Shown here: positions 8,484 to 18,558 of the stretch, in pieces | How the letters are laid out: each line of letters starts with the position of its first letter | Numbering within the stretch: the stretch's first letter is position 1 | Assembly: GCA_022820835.1 (NCBI GenBank) | Contig: JAJEET010000157.1 | Location: forward strand, 4,315-68,314 | DNA length: 64,000 bases | From: Candidatus Poribacteria bacterium | Lineage (GTDB): Bacteria; Poribacteria; WGA-4E; WGA-3G | Reading direction: 5' to 3' | Translations under genes and position numbers: made by a program | Notes under the pieces: generated by a model | Seen by the model: only the letters and a program-made list of their open reading frames with translations | Told to the model about the DNA's origin: nothing | The model's database searches: none

Positions 8484-11060
8484 ATGAAAAGGACGCAATT
8501 TCAGAAAGCTTTGGAAAGACCTATCAAAATTATTTCATACCCTACGCGCTTTCTTGCTGAAACTTTGATAGAAAGATTAATTTTACTGCTCTTCGTAGTC
8601 TCAATCTTTTTTTTACCGGATGCTTTTGCTCAAAGTTATACACAGTGGGATTTGCCTGAAGGGGCTAAGGCACGTCTTGGTAAGGGATACGCAGGCGATC
8701 TAAAGTTTTCCGATGATGGCAATCGTCTGATGGTTGAGAACACTGTCGGGGTTTGGGTCTACGATGCACATAGCGGTGTGGAACTGGATTTAATCACAGG
8801 AAATTTATCAGACAGTCTCGCTTTGAGTCCTGATAACAGTACCGTTGCCGGTTGGGGACCAGACGACAAGGTATACCTGTGGAACATAGCCGATAGCGAA
8901 AACAAAGTAACACTTGAAGGAAATACCTCAAGAGTCCGCAGAATGACTTTCAGCCCAGATGGTCGCACAGTTGCTGGTGGGACTTTGGATGACGAGGTAA
9001 TTCTATGGGACGTTGCCTCTGGTGTGCGCATAGCAACGCTCATTGGACACACAGGCTCAATAACTTCGCTCGCTTTTAGTCCAGACAGTACAACGCTCGC
9101 GAGCGGTAGTTGGGACGAGACGGTACGTATGTGGGATGCTGCCACGGGCACGCACAAAATTACGCTCACCAAACACACTGATGGTGTCTTTAATGTTGCG
9201 TTCAGTCCAGATGGTCACACATTGGCGAGCGCAAGCTCCAATGAAGATAAGATACACTTATGGGATGCAGTCAATGGAGCATACAAAGCAACCATTGCTA
9301 CGGATGCCTCTTGTATCGCTTTCAGTTCTGACAGTAGCACTCTGGCAAGTGGGAACTGGAGAGGCGAATTGTACTTGTGGGATGTTGTCAGTGGAACGTA
9401 TAAATCGGAGTTCATTGGGCATTCTCTACGGGGTATTAATTCGATTACATTCAGTCCAGATGGCAAAACACTCGCAAGTGCAGGTTACGACAAACTATAT
9501 CTATGGGATGTTGAAACGGGCGCGCGCAAATTATCAATTACCGGTCATACAGATGGCGTCAACTCAATTGCATTCAGCCCGGATGGCAATACGCTTGCAA
9601 GCGGGAGTCGGGAACAGATTCGTCTGTGGGATGTCAGCACAAGGACACACGCAGCGACGCTGTTTGTAGAAGATTGGACAACTAACGCCAGTTTGGCTTT
9701 CAGTCCAGATGGCAATACGCTCGCGAGTGAGGGTAGTTCCGGGATCCATCTGTGGAACGTTAGCAGCCGCACACACCGCGCAATCGTCAGAGCAGATGGG
9801 CATAAAATAAGTGGTTATGTCAGATACAGATCAATTGCTTTCAGCCCGGATGGTAGATTTCTTGCCCGTAACTCAAGTAATGGCGCGCTGCTATGGTACG
9901 CCGGACGGACCTATAAAACGGCACTCACTGGCCATACAGATGATGGCACTTCAATCGCCTTCAGTTACGATAGTCGAACGCTTGCAAGTGGTAGTGTGGA
10001 CACTATGGTGCGTCTGTGGGATGTTGATACCAATGCCCACAAAGCAACCTTCGCGGGACATACAGACAGTGTTGTGAGTGTTGCGTTTAGTCCGGATGGT
10101 AACCTCCTTGCAAGCGGCAGCGATGACAACACCATAATTCTATGGGATGTTGAGACCGGGAAACCGAAAACCACCTTCGTTGCACATACGGATGGTGTCA
10201 ATGACGTAGTGTTCAGTCCGGATGGCAATACGCTTGCGAGTTGTGGCTATCGGTATGATGCCACTGTCAAACTTTGGGATGTTGAGACGGGTGCGCTTAA
10301 AAGGACCTTCCTTGGACACACGGAAGGTATTACTGAAATTGCGTTCAGTCCGGATGGTCAAACCCTCGCGAGTAGTGGTTGGGATGACCTCATATTTTTA
10401 TGGGATTTGGCACCAGAAGTATCCGTTGGGACAGAAACTGCACAACCTGCTGAGGATGCAAATCGTGATGGTGTGGTAGACCTCCAAGATTTGGTTTTCG
10501 TTGCCTCACAATTTGGACAGCCTGGCGCAGAAAACGCTGCGGATATCAACGAAGACGGTATTGTTGACATAGCGGATATCTTGCTGGTCGCTGGTGCACT
10601 TGAGACCGGCAATGGTGCCCCATCTGCGTATTCGCGGTCAATAGAATTGCTTGCCGCTGCGGAGGTGGAACGGTGGTTAAAACAAGCACAGCACGTTAAT
10701 GACAAAGCACCTATTTTCCAAAAAGGTATCGCTGTTCTTGAAAGCCTCTTGGCTGCGCTGACTCCGAAAGAGACGGTGCTTCTGCCGAACTACCCGAACC
10801 CGTTTAATCCTGAGACGTGGATCCCGTATCAGTTGGCAGCGGATGCGGATGTGACAATCCGCATTTATGCTGCGAGTGGGGAATTGGTAAGGACGTTGGC
10901 GTTGGGATATCAATCTGCAGGCACCTATCAAAGTCGTAGCCAAGCGGCGTATTGGGATGGTAAAAATGAACTTGGAGAACCTGTGGCAAGCGGACTCTAT
11001 TTCTACACGCTGTCTGCCGAGAGGTTCACGGCGACGCGCCGGATGGTCATACGGAAATAA
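8484..11060 (+). CDS. Secreted WD40 double propeller with dockerin-like repeats and T9SS/FlgD-Ig-like C-terminal domain
   Basis: SD GGAGGGG and a signal-like hydrophobic stretch LILLLFVVSIFFLPDAFAQ. About 14 FSPDG/LWD blades. Paired EF-hand dockerin repeats DANRDGVVDLQDL and DINEDGIVDIADIL lie at about nt 10454-10600. The C-terminus has LLPNYPNPFNPETWIPYQL...GLYFYTL. Confidence 0.85.
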   Translation: MKRTQFQKALERPIKIISYPTRFLAETLIERLILLLFVVSIFFLPDAFAQSYTQWDLPEGAKARLGKGYAGDLKFSDDGNRLMVENTVGVWVYDAHSGVELDLITGNLSDSLALSPDNSTVAGWGPDDKVYLWNIADSENKVTLEGNTSRVRRMTFSPDGRTVAGGTLDDEVILWDVASGVRIATLIGHTGSITSLAFSPDSTTLASGSWDETVRMWDAATGTHKITLTKHTDGVFNVAFSPDGHTLASASSNEDKIHLWDAVNGAYKATIATDASCIAFSSDSSTLASGNWRGELYLWDVVSGTYKSEFIGHSLRGINSITFSPDGKTLASAGYDKLYLWDVETGARKLSITGHTDGVNSIAFSPDGNTLASGSREQIRLWDVSTRTHAATLFVEDWTTNASLAFSPDGNTLASEGSSGIHLWNVSSRTHRAIVRADGHKISGYVRYRSIAFSPDGRFLARNSSNGALLWYAGRTYKTALTGHTDDGTSIAFSYDSRTLASGSVDTMVRLWDVDTNAHKATFAGHTDSVVSVAFSPDGNLLASGSDDNTIILWDVETGKPKTTFVAHTDGVNDVVFSPDGNTLASCGYRYDATVKLWDVETGALKRTFLGHTEGITEIAFSPDGQTLASSGWDDLIFLWDLAPEVSVGTETAQPAEDANRDGVVDLQDLVFVASQFGQPGAENAADINEDGIVDIADILLVAGALETGNGAPSAYSRSIELLAAAEVERWLKQAQHVNDKAPIFQKGIAVLESLLAALTPKETVLLPNYPNPFNPETWIPYQLAADADVTIRIYAASGELVRTLALGYQSAGTYQSRSQAAYWDGKNELGEPVASGLYFYTLSAERFTATRRMVIRK

Positions 11061-11065
11061 AAAAA

Positions 11066-11201
11066 TAGTTTTGACCAACAACTCGTGCCTTAGTAAAAGT
11101 ATCTGTAGACGAATTGTTGATCAAAGTTATCGGTTGTCAGTTAAGAGACGGATTTGGATCCACCACAGTCCTCTTTAACGGATAACTAATGACCAATAAC
11201 C
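11066..11201. repeat. Composite inverted heptad-repeat element, copy E2 (degenerate)
   Basis: Hairpin module pairs TTTGACCAACAACTCG (11070-11085) with CGAATTGTTGATCAAA (11110-11125). It continues with TTATCGG TTGTCAG TTAAGAG, a spacer containing TGGATCCA, and CTCTTTA ACGGATA ACTAATG ACCAATA. Confidence 0.75.
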
Positions 11202-11222
11202 ATTGCATGGGAGGCTGAAGCA

Positions 11223-13754
11223 ATGAAAAGGATGCAATTTTCGATTTTAATGCTATTTCTCATTTCAATGTTCTTTCCTCTGGATACGTTTGCTCAGGAT
11301 TATACACAATGGAGTTTACCTGAGGGTGTCAAAAAGAGACTAGGGAAGGGTAGCCTATACGGTACCAGTAATATAGTGTTTTCACCGGATAGCAGCCTGC
11401 TTGCCGTTGCGAGTTCTATCGGTGTCTGGATTTACGATGGATATACCGGTAAAGAGCTGAATCTACTCACGAGGCATACGGGAGGCATTTCAAGTGTCGC
11501 GTTCAGTCCAGATGGAAAAACGCTTGTAAGTAGCAGCTCAGCAGAGTTTTACCTGTGGGATGTTGCCACAGGCGAACATAAAGCCACTTTTACCGGACAT
11601 ACAGCTAACATTACGAGTGTCGCATTCAGTCCGGATGGTAAAACGCTGGCAACTGGTGGAGATGAGAAGGAAGGGCTGATCAAGCTTTGGAATGTTGCTA
11701 CCGGTACGCTCAAATCAACACTCACAGGACATACGGACGGCATCTCAAGCGTTGTATTCAGTCCGGATGGGGAAATACTCGCAAGTAGTGGAAAGTGGTC
11801 AGACGAAACAGTGAAGCTTTGGGATGTTGCCACTGGCACCCTCAAAACGACACTCATAGGACATACGAGCGGCATTATGGATATCGCGTTTAGCCCTGAC
11901 GGGAACACACTTGCCAGTGGTGGTGATTGGTTGGACTACACAGTGCGGCTCTGGGATGTTAACAGTGGCGCGTTGAAAGCAACGCTTATCGGACACATGG
12001 GCGAGATTAAGAGCGTAACGTTCAGCCCGGATGGCAAAACCCTTGCGAGTGGTAGTGATGACGGAACGGTGTGTTTATGGGATGTTAACAGTGCCACTTA
12101 CAAAACGACGCTCTTAGCACACAGCCAAAGTGTCGTGAGTGTAGCGTTCAGCCCGGATGGCAAAACATTCGTAAGCGGGAGTTGGGACGGCACATTGATA
12201 TTATGGGATGCAGTGAGTCTCAAGCGCAGCACGACAATTACTGGACATACGGCGGATTTCTTAAGCATAGCGTTCAGTCCAGATGGTCGAACGATTGTGA
12301 GTGGGAGTTGGGATCGAACCGTACGACTGTGGGATACCACTACTGGGACCAACAGTGCCACTCTCACTGGACATATAGGTCCCATCGAATCCGTAGCGTT
12401 CAGTCCGGATGGTCGAACGGTTGCCAGTTGCAGTGGTATAGATGTCATCAATGGTTGGTTCGGAGATGATTACACGATAAGGTTATGGGACGCTGTTACT
12501 GGCAGACATAAAATGACACTTATTGGACATAAGGAGCGTGTTTATAATATCGCGTTTAGCCCGGATGGTCGTCTGCTTGCCAGTTGCGACGGGCGGCGGG
12601 ATACAAAGGTGTATTTGTGGGATACAGCCACCGGGAATCCGATAGCAACACTGAGCGGTCATAGGGACTTTGTATTCCGTGTCGTGTTTAGCTCAGATGG
12701 GAACACACTCGCCAGTGGTGGTGATTCGGAAATATACTTGTGGGACATTTCCAGCAGACAGCAGAAAATGCGTTTGACTGGGTATACGGGACGTATCTGG
12801 GCTCTTGCATTCAGTCCAGATGGGAAGACGCTCGCAAGTGGCGGAGCAGGTTCGGAGGTGCATTTGTGGGATGTTGCCTCAGGCGCGCATAAGATTGCCC
12901 TCACAGGACATACAGGCAATATCAATAGTGTGGCGTTCAGTCCGGATGGTAAAACCCTCGCAAGTAGTGGAAATTGGAAAGACAGAACAGTGCGCTTGTG
13001 GGATCCTATCAGTGGGGATCACAAATCGACGTTCATAGGATATGCCAGTGGCAATCAGAGCCTTACTTTCAGTCCGGATGGGAAGACACTCGCTGTTGCT
13101 GATATGGGTGGGACAATACTCCTATGGAAGCTTGAAACTATAGAGGAACTGCCGTTGTTGGAAGCGGATGTGAATGGTGATGGTGTCGAAGATGTTCACG
13201 ATTTGGTGCTTGTTGCGGCGAACTTCGGACAGACGGGTCCAAACGCTGCAGATGTCAATGGCGATGGCGTTGTTGACATCGCGGATCTTATCAAAGTCGC
13301 TGCTGCTTTGGATAACGCGGCAGCTGCGCCCCCCGCTGCGATGCTTAAGATAAAAAATATGCAACAGTGGCTTAGGCAAGCGCAGCAATTAGATGCGACA
13401 GATGCAACGTTACAGAGAGGTATTCACTTCCTTGAACAGCTGCTGGGGACGTTAGCACCGACAGAGACGGCATTGTTGCCGAACTATCCGAACCCATTCA
13501 ATCCAGAGACGTGGATACCGTATCAATTGGCAGAGCCTGCGAATGTAACGCTGCGTATCCATTCCGCCGATGGGACATGGGTTCGTACGCTGGCATTAGG
13601 ACATCAACCTGCTGGTATTTATCAACAACGGAACCGTGCGGCGTATTGGGATGGCAAAAATGAACTCGGTGAGCGTGTTGCGAGTGGTGTCTATTTCTAT
13701 ACGTTGAGAGCAGGGAATTTCGCGGCAACGCGAAAGATGTTAATACGGAAATAG
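11223..13754 (+). CDS. Secreted WD40 double propeller with dockerin-like repeats and T9SS/FlgD-Ig-like C-terminal domain (paralogue of 8484..11060)
   Basis: SD GGGAGG and signal peptide MKRMQFSILMLFLISMFFPLDTFAQ. About 14 blades. Dockerin repeats DVNGDGVEDVHDL and DVNGDGVVDIADL. Same C-terminal LLPNYPNPFNPETWIPYQL...GVYFYTL domain. Confidence 0.85.
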   Translation: MKRMQFSILMLFLISMFFPLDTFAQDYTQWSLPEGVKKRLGKGSLYGTSNIVFSPDSSLLAVASSIGVWIYDGYTGKELNLLTRHTGGISSVAFSPDGKTLVSSSSAEFYLWDVATGEHKATFTGHTANITSVAFSPDGKTLATGGDEKEGLIKLWNVATGTLKSTLTGHTDGISSVVFSPDGEILASSGKWSDETVKLWDVATGTLKTTLIGHTSGIMDIAFSPDGNTLASGGDWLDYTVRLWDVNSGALKATLIGHMGEIKSVTFSPDGKTLASGSDDGTVCLWDVNSATYKTTLLAHSQSVVSVAFSPDGKTFVSGSWDGTLILWDAVSLKRSTTITGHTADFLSIAFSPDGRTIVSGSWDRTVRLWDTTTGTNSATLTGHIGPIESVAFSPDGRTVASCSGIDVINGWFGDDYTIRLWDAVTGRHKMTLIGHKERVYNIAFSPDGRLLASCDGRRDTKVYLWDTATGNPIATLSGHRDFVFRVVFSSDGNTLASGGDSEIYLWDISSRQQKMRLTGYTGRIWALAFSPDGKTLASGGAGSEVHLWDVASGAHKIALTGHTGNINSVAFSPDGKTLASSGNWKDRTVRLWDPISGDHKSTFIGYASGNQSLTFSPDGKTLAVADMGGTILLWKLETIEELPLLEADVNGDGVEDVHDLVLVAANFGQTGPNAADVNGDGVVDIADLIKVAAALDNAAAAPPAAMLKIKNMQQWLRQAQQLDATDATLQRGIHFLEQLLGTLAPTETALLPNYPNPFNPETWIPYQLAEPANVTLRIHSADGTWVRTLALGHQPAGIYQQRNRAAYWDGKNELGERVASGVYFYTLRAGNFAATRKMLIRK

Positions 13755-13881
13755 TTATCAGTTTTCAGTACGATTTTTTCTACGAAAAAATCTTTCAGTT
13801 TTCAGAAAGAGACATCTGGAACTATCACAACCCTCTTTACTGATAACTGATAACTGAAAGGCGTACTCGCCGTACTGATAA

Positions 13882-13884
<3 letters not shown>
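13752..13884. repeat. Composite inverted heptad-repeat element, copy E3
   Basis: Fills the whole gap between two convergent stop codons. The termini TAGTTATCAG ... CTGATAACTA are inverted repeats. It contains two CAGTAC-hairpin-TTTCAG modules and the core AAAGAG-N21-CTCTTT. Confidence 0.85.
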
Positions 13885-15154
<1,270 letters not shown>

Positions 15155-15184
15155 ATCTTAAACAGGTCTCAGGATCTATCTTTC

Positions 15185-15454
15185 TCATTGGGACCCCATG
15201 CTGTTAAGCAACTCTATTTGCAGGCGCGTAAACTCAACAAACCGTGTATAGCGTTGTGGGATCGAGGTGTTTATTGCCTGCTCCTTTTGACGCGTCACTT
15301 CTTTATATAACCGCATTACCTCTTCGTCTCGATCGAACGGTTCGGTTATATCTAAGGACTGTGCCCCTATGTAAACCCATATCCCGAAGGTGAGCACGAT
15401 CATAAGCAACCCGACAACAATGTAAGGTCTAAAAATATTGCCAAGTCTTTTCAT
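15185..15454 (-). CDS. Small single-pass membrane protein, unknown function
   Basis: Strong SD (GGAGGAGG) lies 6 nt before ATG at 15454. TM helix YIVVGLLMIVLTFGIWVYIGA. The longer ORF-track start at 15514 overlaps the upstream gene end and lacks an SD. Confidence 0.5.
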   Translation of the reverse strand: MKRLGNIFRPYIVVGLLMIVLTFGIWVYIGAQSLDITEPFDRDEEVMRLYKEVTRQKEQAINTSIPQRYTRFVEFTRLQIELLNSMGSQ

Positions 15455-15470
15455 CTTAATCCTCCTCCTA

Positions 15471-17963
15471 TCAATGGATAATCTTCGCGTTGAGGACCGG
15501 ACTATCTTGTACAAACGGTTTGCCGTTGATTGTGGCTGAACCTCGGAATCTGAATTGATAGGTCTTATCTTCTAAGGAACCGATAGCCTTCAGTGGTACT
15601 TTGACCTCAGTTTCATTCACCGGAATCGTAATAGTTTCCGTGGTGAAACCCTCTGGCACATCAATTGGTGTGAGTGTGACAACATCCGTAAAACCGCCTT
15701 GTCGGACGATTGTTAAAGTCAGTATAGCTTCCTTTGTCACTGCCGGTGCTTCGCTGTCCGTCTTTTCGGTATCCGCGTTTGGGTTCCCTGCAATCGCTAC
15801 AGTATCTCCTTGTGGGACTGGGGTCGCGTCGCCATTCGCAGCCACAGTTGCTGGGAAAACGATGCTAAAACGCAAAGGCTCTACTGTTACAATAAAGGGG
15901 GCTTCAAGAATTGTCAGCGGAATAGCGGGGGTCGATTGGCTCACCGTCTCTCTGTCAACGCTCGCCGTGCCAACAACAGAAATATAGTTGATGCCCGGCA
16001 CCGGTACGACAGAGAACTGTTCTCTCCGCTCAAAGCTGCCGGCTCTCACCGAGAGAACTGCCTCGTTTTTACCTGCGGCAATATTGACAGCTGCTGCGGT
16101 TACACGAGGGGGCAACCCGACGACCGAAAGCCTGATGGGACCTGTGAAGTCGTCGCGCCTATTTGCTGTCACATGGAGGTTGACTGTTTTATTATGCACA
16201 ACACTCGCGTTAATCTCAGCAAGCGTCAACGTGAATTCCGGTGCTTCCATCACGGTCAAGAGCATCGGTGCAGCCGTCCGTTCCACCTGACGACTCCCGA
16301 CAGCACTGATACCTGCTACCGAGAACGGCATCAGCCCAAGCGGTGCATCCCACGGTGCAGTTACCGTAATGACAGCCTGATTTTTCCCGGCTTCAATGAC
16401 AGCGGGACTCACGTCAAATGTTTTTGGCAGTGTAGGACAGTGTAAACGGATAGGACCGCTGAGTCTATCAAGACGGCTAACGTTGACCTGTATTGTGAAG
16501 GTGCCACCGCGACTGACGCGCGGGCTATCCAAGCCAGACGGACGATTCTGGCTGTCAAGCACGACTGCACTGAGGGTAAAGTTCGGTTCCAGCGGACGGA
16601 CATTCAAGCGATATGAATAAGCATCTCCGCCTTGGTTGTTCAGGTCTCGGATAGCGATAGAATATTTCCCTGCTTGCGTGAAATTCTGTTCAATACGTGC
16701 GTCGCTGCGGCGCGCATCGTCGTTGACTGCCAAGACCTGGTCGTTCTCAGGAGCGTAAAGTGTGAGAAGCGCGTCCAACTGCGATGAGAGCCTAAGTGCC
16801 TCGACCTCAAAGACGAGAAATTGCGGTGTTTTTATCTCAAACGCAAATCGGTCAACATCCCCCTGTTTATCAATTTTCCCGTTGATCGTTATCGGTGTGT
16901 TTACAGCGTTCGCTTTATCAGCCGAATCGTTGGGTTCACTTTCCGCCATTTCTGCCAAATTTCCGATAGCAAATGGGTGCGGATTACTCGTCAATCCAGA
17001 AGGTGTCTTAACGCGTAGTGATTGCTGCCCCGTCGGCGTTTCAGCATCTATCGAGACCTGTATAGCATTCACAGTCTCAAGGTTCGCACCCGTAACAGCT
17101 ATCGTATTATCAGTTCCACGTTGTCCGCCGAGCGGAAAAATTGTCTCAAGATACGGTAACTCACCGATACTTAAACGATAACGAAATCCACCGCCGCCTT
17201 TGTAGCGGATATCCCGAAGATGTAGTGTGTATTTCCCTGCTGCCAGTGCGGTGTAATCGAGGACGGAATCCAATCCGCTGCCCTGTCCGCTGTTCGCCAC
17301 TTCAGCACCGTTAGGGTCCCGAAGAACGAGATATGAATCCAACGGAGACCCGATGCGCTGTGCCGTCACTTCACAGATAAGTCGTGCGTTCTTCTTCAGA
17401 TCAAAACTGAAAATGTCCTCATCATCAATGGATGCGATCACACCGTTGACTGTGACAGGCAACTCCAACCAATTTGACATTTCAGTCTTTTCAGTCGTCT
17501 CGTTTTCATTGACTTCCGGTAGGTTACCGATAACGAAGTTTTGTGCGTTGGAAACACCATAAGGTGTGATGATTCGGAGTTGTTGGACACCTAACGGTGC
17601 ATCGGGGGCAATTGTCAAAGAGGCAACTAACCGCACGTCGGTCGGGACCTGTCCAGAGACACCGGTGCCGTTAAATAGGACTGCTGCTTGCTGGGTCTCT
17701 TGTCTGATTTCCGCAGTGATGCCGCTCCCGCTGAACCACACGGCTGTTGCTGTGTCAAGATTCTTACCCGTGAGGGTCACTTCTACGTTTTGCCCCTGTT
17801 GCGCGCCCTGTGCGGAGACGCTCGATAGTGTAGGTACAACCTGCGCGTGTGCGAAGCCAATTGTCAGGAAAAAGATCACAAAGACGAGAACAGACTGTTT
17901 TGTTAAGGGACCAGAAAACGACGAATTAACCCATCTCCTCTGCTGAAATAACACATTAGGCAT
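15471..17963 (-). CDS. Secreted multi-domain protein with two pre-peptidase C-terminal (PPC)-like domains
   Basis: Signal peptide VLVFVIFFLTIGFAHAQ and SD GAGGTG. Two PPC-like modules are present (DDEDIFSFDL...YTLHLRDIRYKGGGGFRYRLSI and GDVDRFAFEI...YSIAIRDLNNQGGDAYSYRLNV). Ig-like repeats flank them. Confidence 0.7.
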   Translation of the reverse strand: MPNVLFQQRRWVNSSFSGPLTKQSVLVFVIFFLTIGFAHAQVVPTLSSVSAQGAQQGQNVEVTLTGKNLDTATAVWFSGSGITAEIRQETQQAAVLFNGTGVSGQVPTDVRLVASLTIAPDAPLGVQQLRIITPYGVSNAQNFVIGNLPEVNENETTEKTEMSNWLELPVTVNGVIASIDDEDIFSFDLKKNARLICEVTAQRIGSPLDSYLVLRDPNGAEVANSGQGSGLDSVLDYTALAAGKYTLHLRDIRYKGGGGFRYRLSIGELPYLETIFPLGGQRGTDNTIAVTGANLETVNAIQVSIDAETPTGQQSLRVKTPSGLTSNPHPFAIGNLAEMAESEPNDSADKANAVNTPITINGKIDKQGDVDRFAFEIKTPQFLVFEVEALRLSSQLDALLTLYAPENDQVLAVNDDARRSDARIEQNFTQAGKYSIAIRDLNNQGGDAYSYRLNVRPLEPNFTLSAVVLDSQNRPSGLDSPRVSRGGTFTIQVNVSRLDRLSGPIRLHCPTLPKTFDVSPAVIEAGKNQAVITVTAPWDAPLGLMPFSVAGISAVGSRQVERTAAPMLLTVMEAPEFTLTLAEINASVVHNKTVNLHVTANRRDDFTGPIRLSVVGLPPRVTAAAVNIAAGKNEAVLSVRAGSFERREQFSVVPVPGINYISVVGTASVDRETVSQSTPAIPLTILEAPFIVTVEPLRFSIVFPATVAANGDATPVPQGDTVAIAGNPNADTEKTDSEAPAVTKEAILTLTIVRQGGFTDVVTLTPIDVPEGFTTETITIPVNETEVKVPLKAIGSLEDKTYQFRFRGSATINGKPFVQDSPVLNAKIIH

Positions 17964-17988
17964 TGTTAATCACCTCATGTTTGAAAAG

Positions 17989-18017
17989 TTATAAAGAACA
18001 CGTAAGTCCATAGGCAA
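17989..18017 (-). promoter_or_regulatory. Sigma-70-type promoter candidate for the PPC-domain gene
   Basis: On the minus strand: TTGCCT (18012-18017), a 17-nt spacer, then TTATAA (17989-17994). Confidence 0.4.
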
Positions 18018-18303
18018 CAAACTGGGCTAGATATACGTAAAGGCACGTCGATATTCAAACTCACTTGACCGAACCGCAAGGAAAAATAAAAAAAATGGAT
18101 GCGGAATACGCTTTCGCTGGCGCAGCAACTCGGAGATTCGCTAACTCGCCCCACTCATATTCCACGTGGTAATTGGCTAAGGTATATTCAATCGGAGCGA
18201 TGAAGCCTTTGATGGAAACTTTGGTATCACCATCAATATTAAGCGCGATTTTGTTGCAGGCTGGCTTCATATCTTCCTCAGGACTTTGGAATCTCTTGAG
18301 CCA

Positions 18304-18497
18304 GCGAGTACGCAGTTAACAGTTGTCAGTACGGCGAGTACGCCTTTCAGTTTTGACCAACAACTCGTGCCTTAGTAAAAGTATCGGACTCGAGTTGTTG
18401 GTCAAAGTTAAGAGATGTTAGAATTATCACAACCCTCTTTTAACTGATAACTGATAACTGATAACTGAAAGGAATCGTACCCGATTCCGTACTGATG
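18304..18497. repeat. Composite inverted heptad-repeat element, copy E4 (most complete)
   Basis: Order of parts: CAGTAC-GGCGAGTACGCC-TTTCAG; a 16-bp perfect hairpin (18352-18367 with 18391-18406); GTTAAGAG; a spacer ending ATCACAACCCTCTTTT; AACTGAT x3; CTGAAA-GGAATCGTACCCGATTCC-GTACTG. Confidence 0.9.
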
Positions 18498-18558
18498 ACA
18501 CAATGGACAAAGGCACGAATTGATGGTCAACACGGAAGATCAGTGCTATGGTCCATAG

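Noticed and set aside
6447-12451. Long antisense ORFs inside the WD40 genes (for example 6447..6914, 6960..7310, 7716..8165, 8759..9178, 11549..11908, 12098..12451), with repetitive PSGLK/LPLASV peptides.
   Set aside because: They mirror the repeated FSPDGKTLAS codons of the sense strand. They have no SD or start context and lie fully inside well-supported genes. They are artefacts of repeat periodicity.
18061-18270. 69-aa minus-strand ORF with an SD-like GAGGAAG, located between the PPC gene promoter region and element E4.
   Set aside because: It is not excluded. It has no recognisable motif and an odd hydrophobic C-terminus, and conservation cannot be tested here. Support is too weak to list it as a gene.
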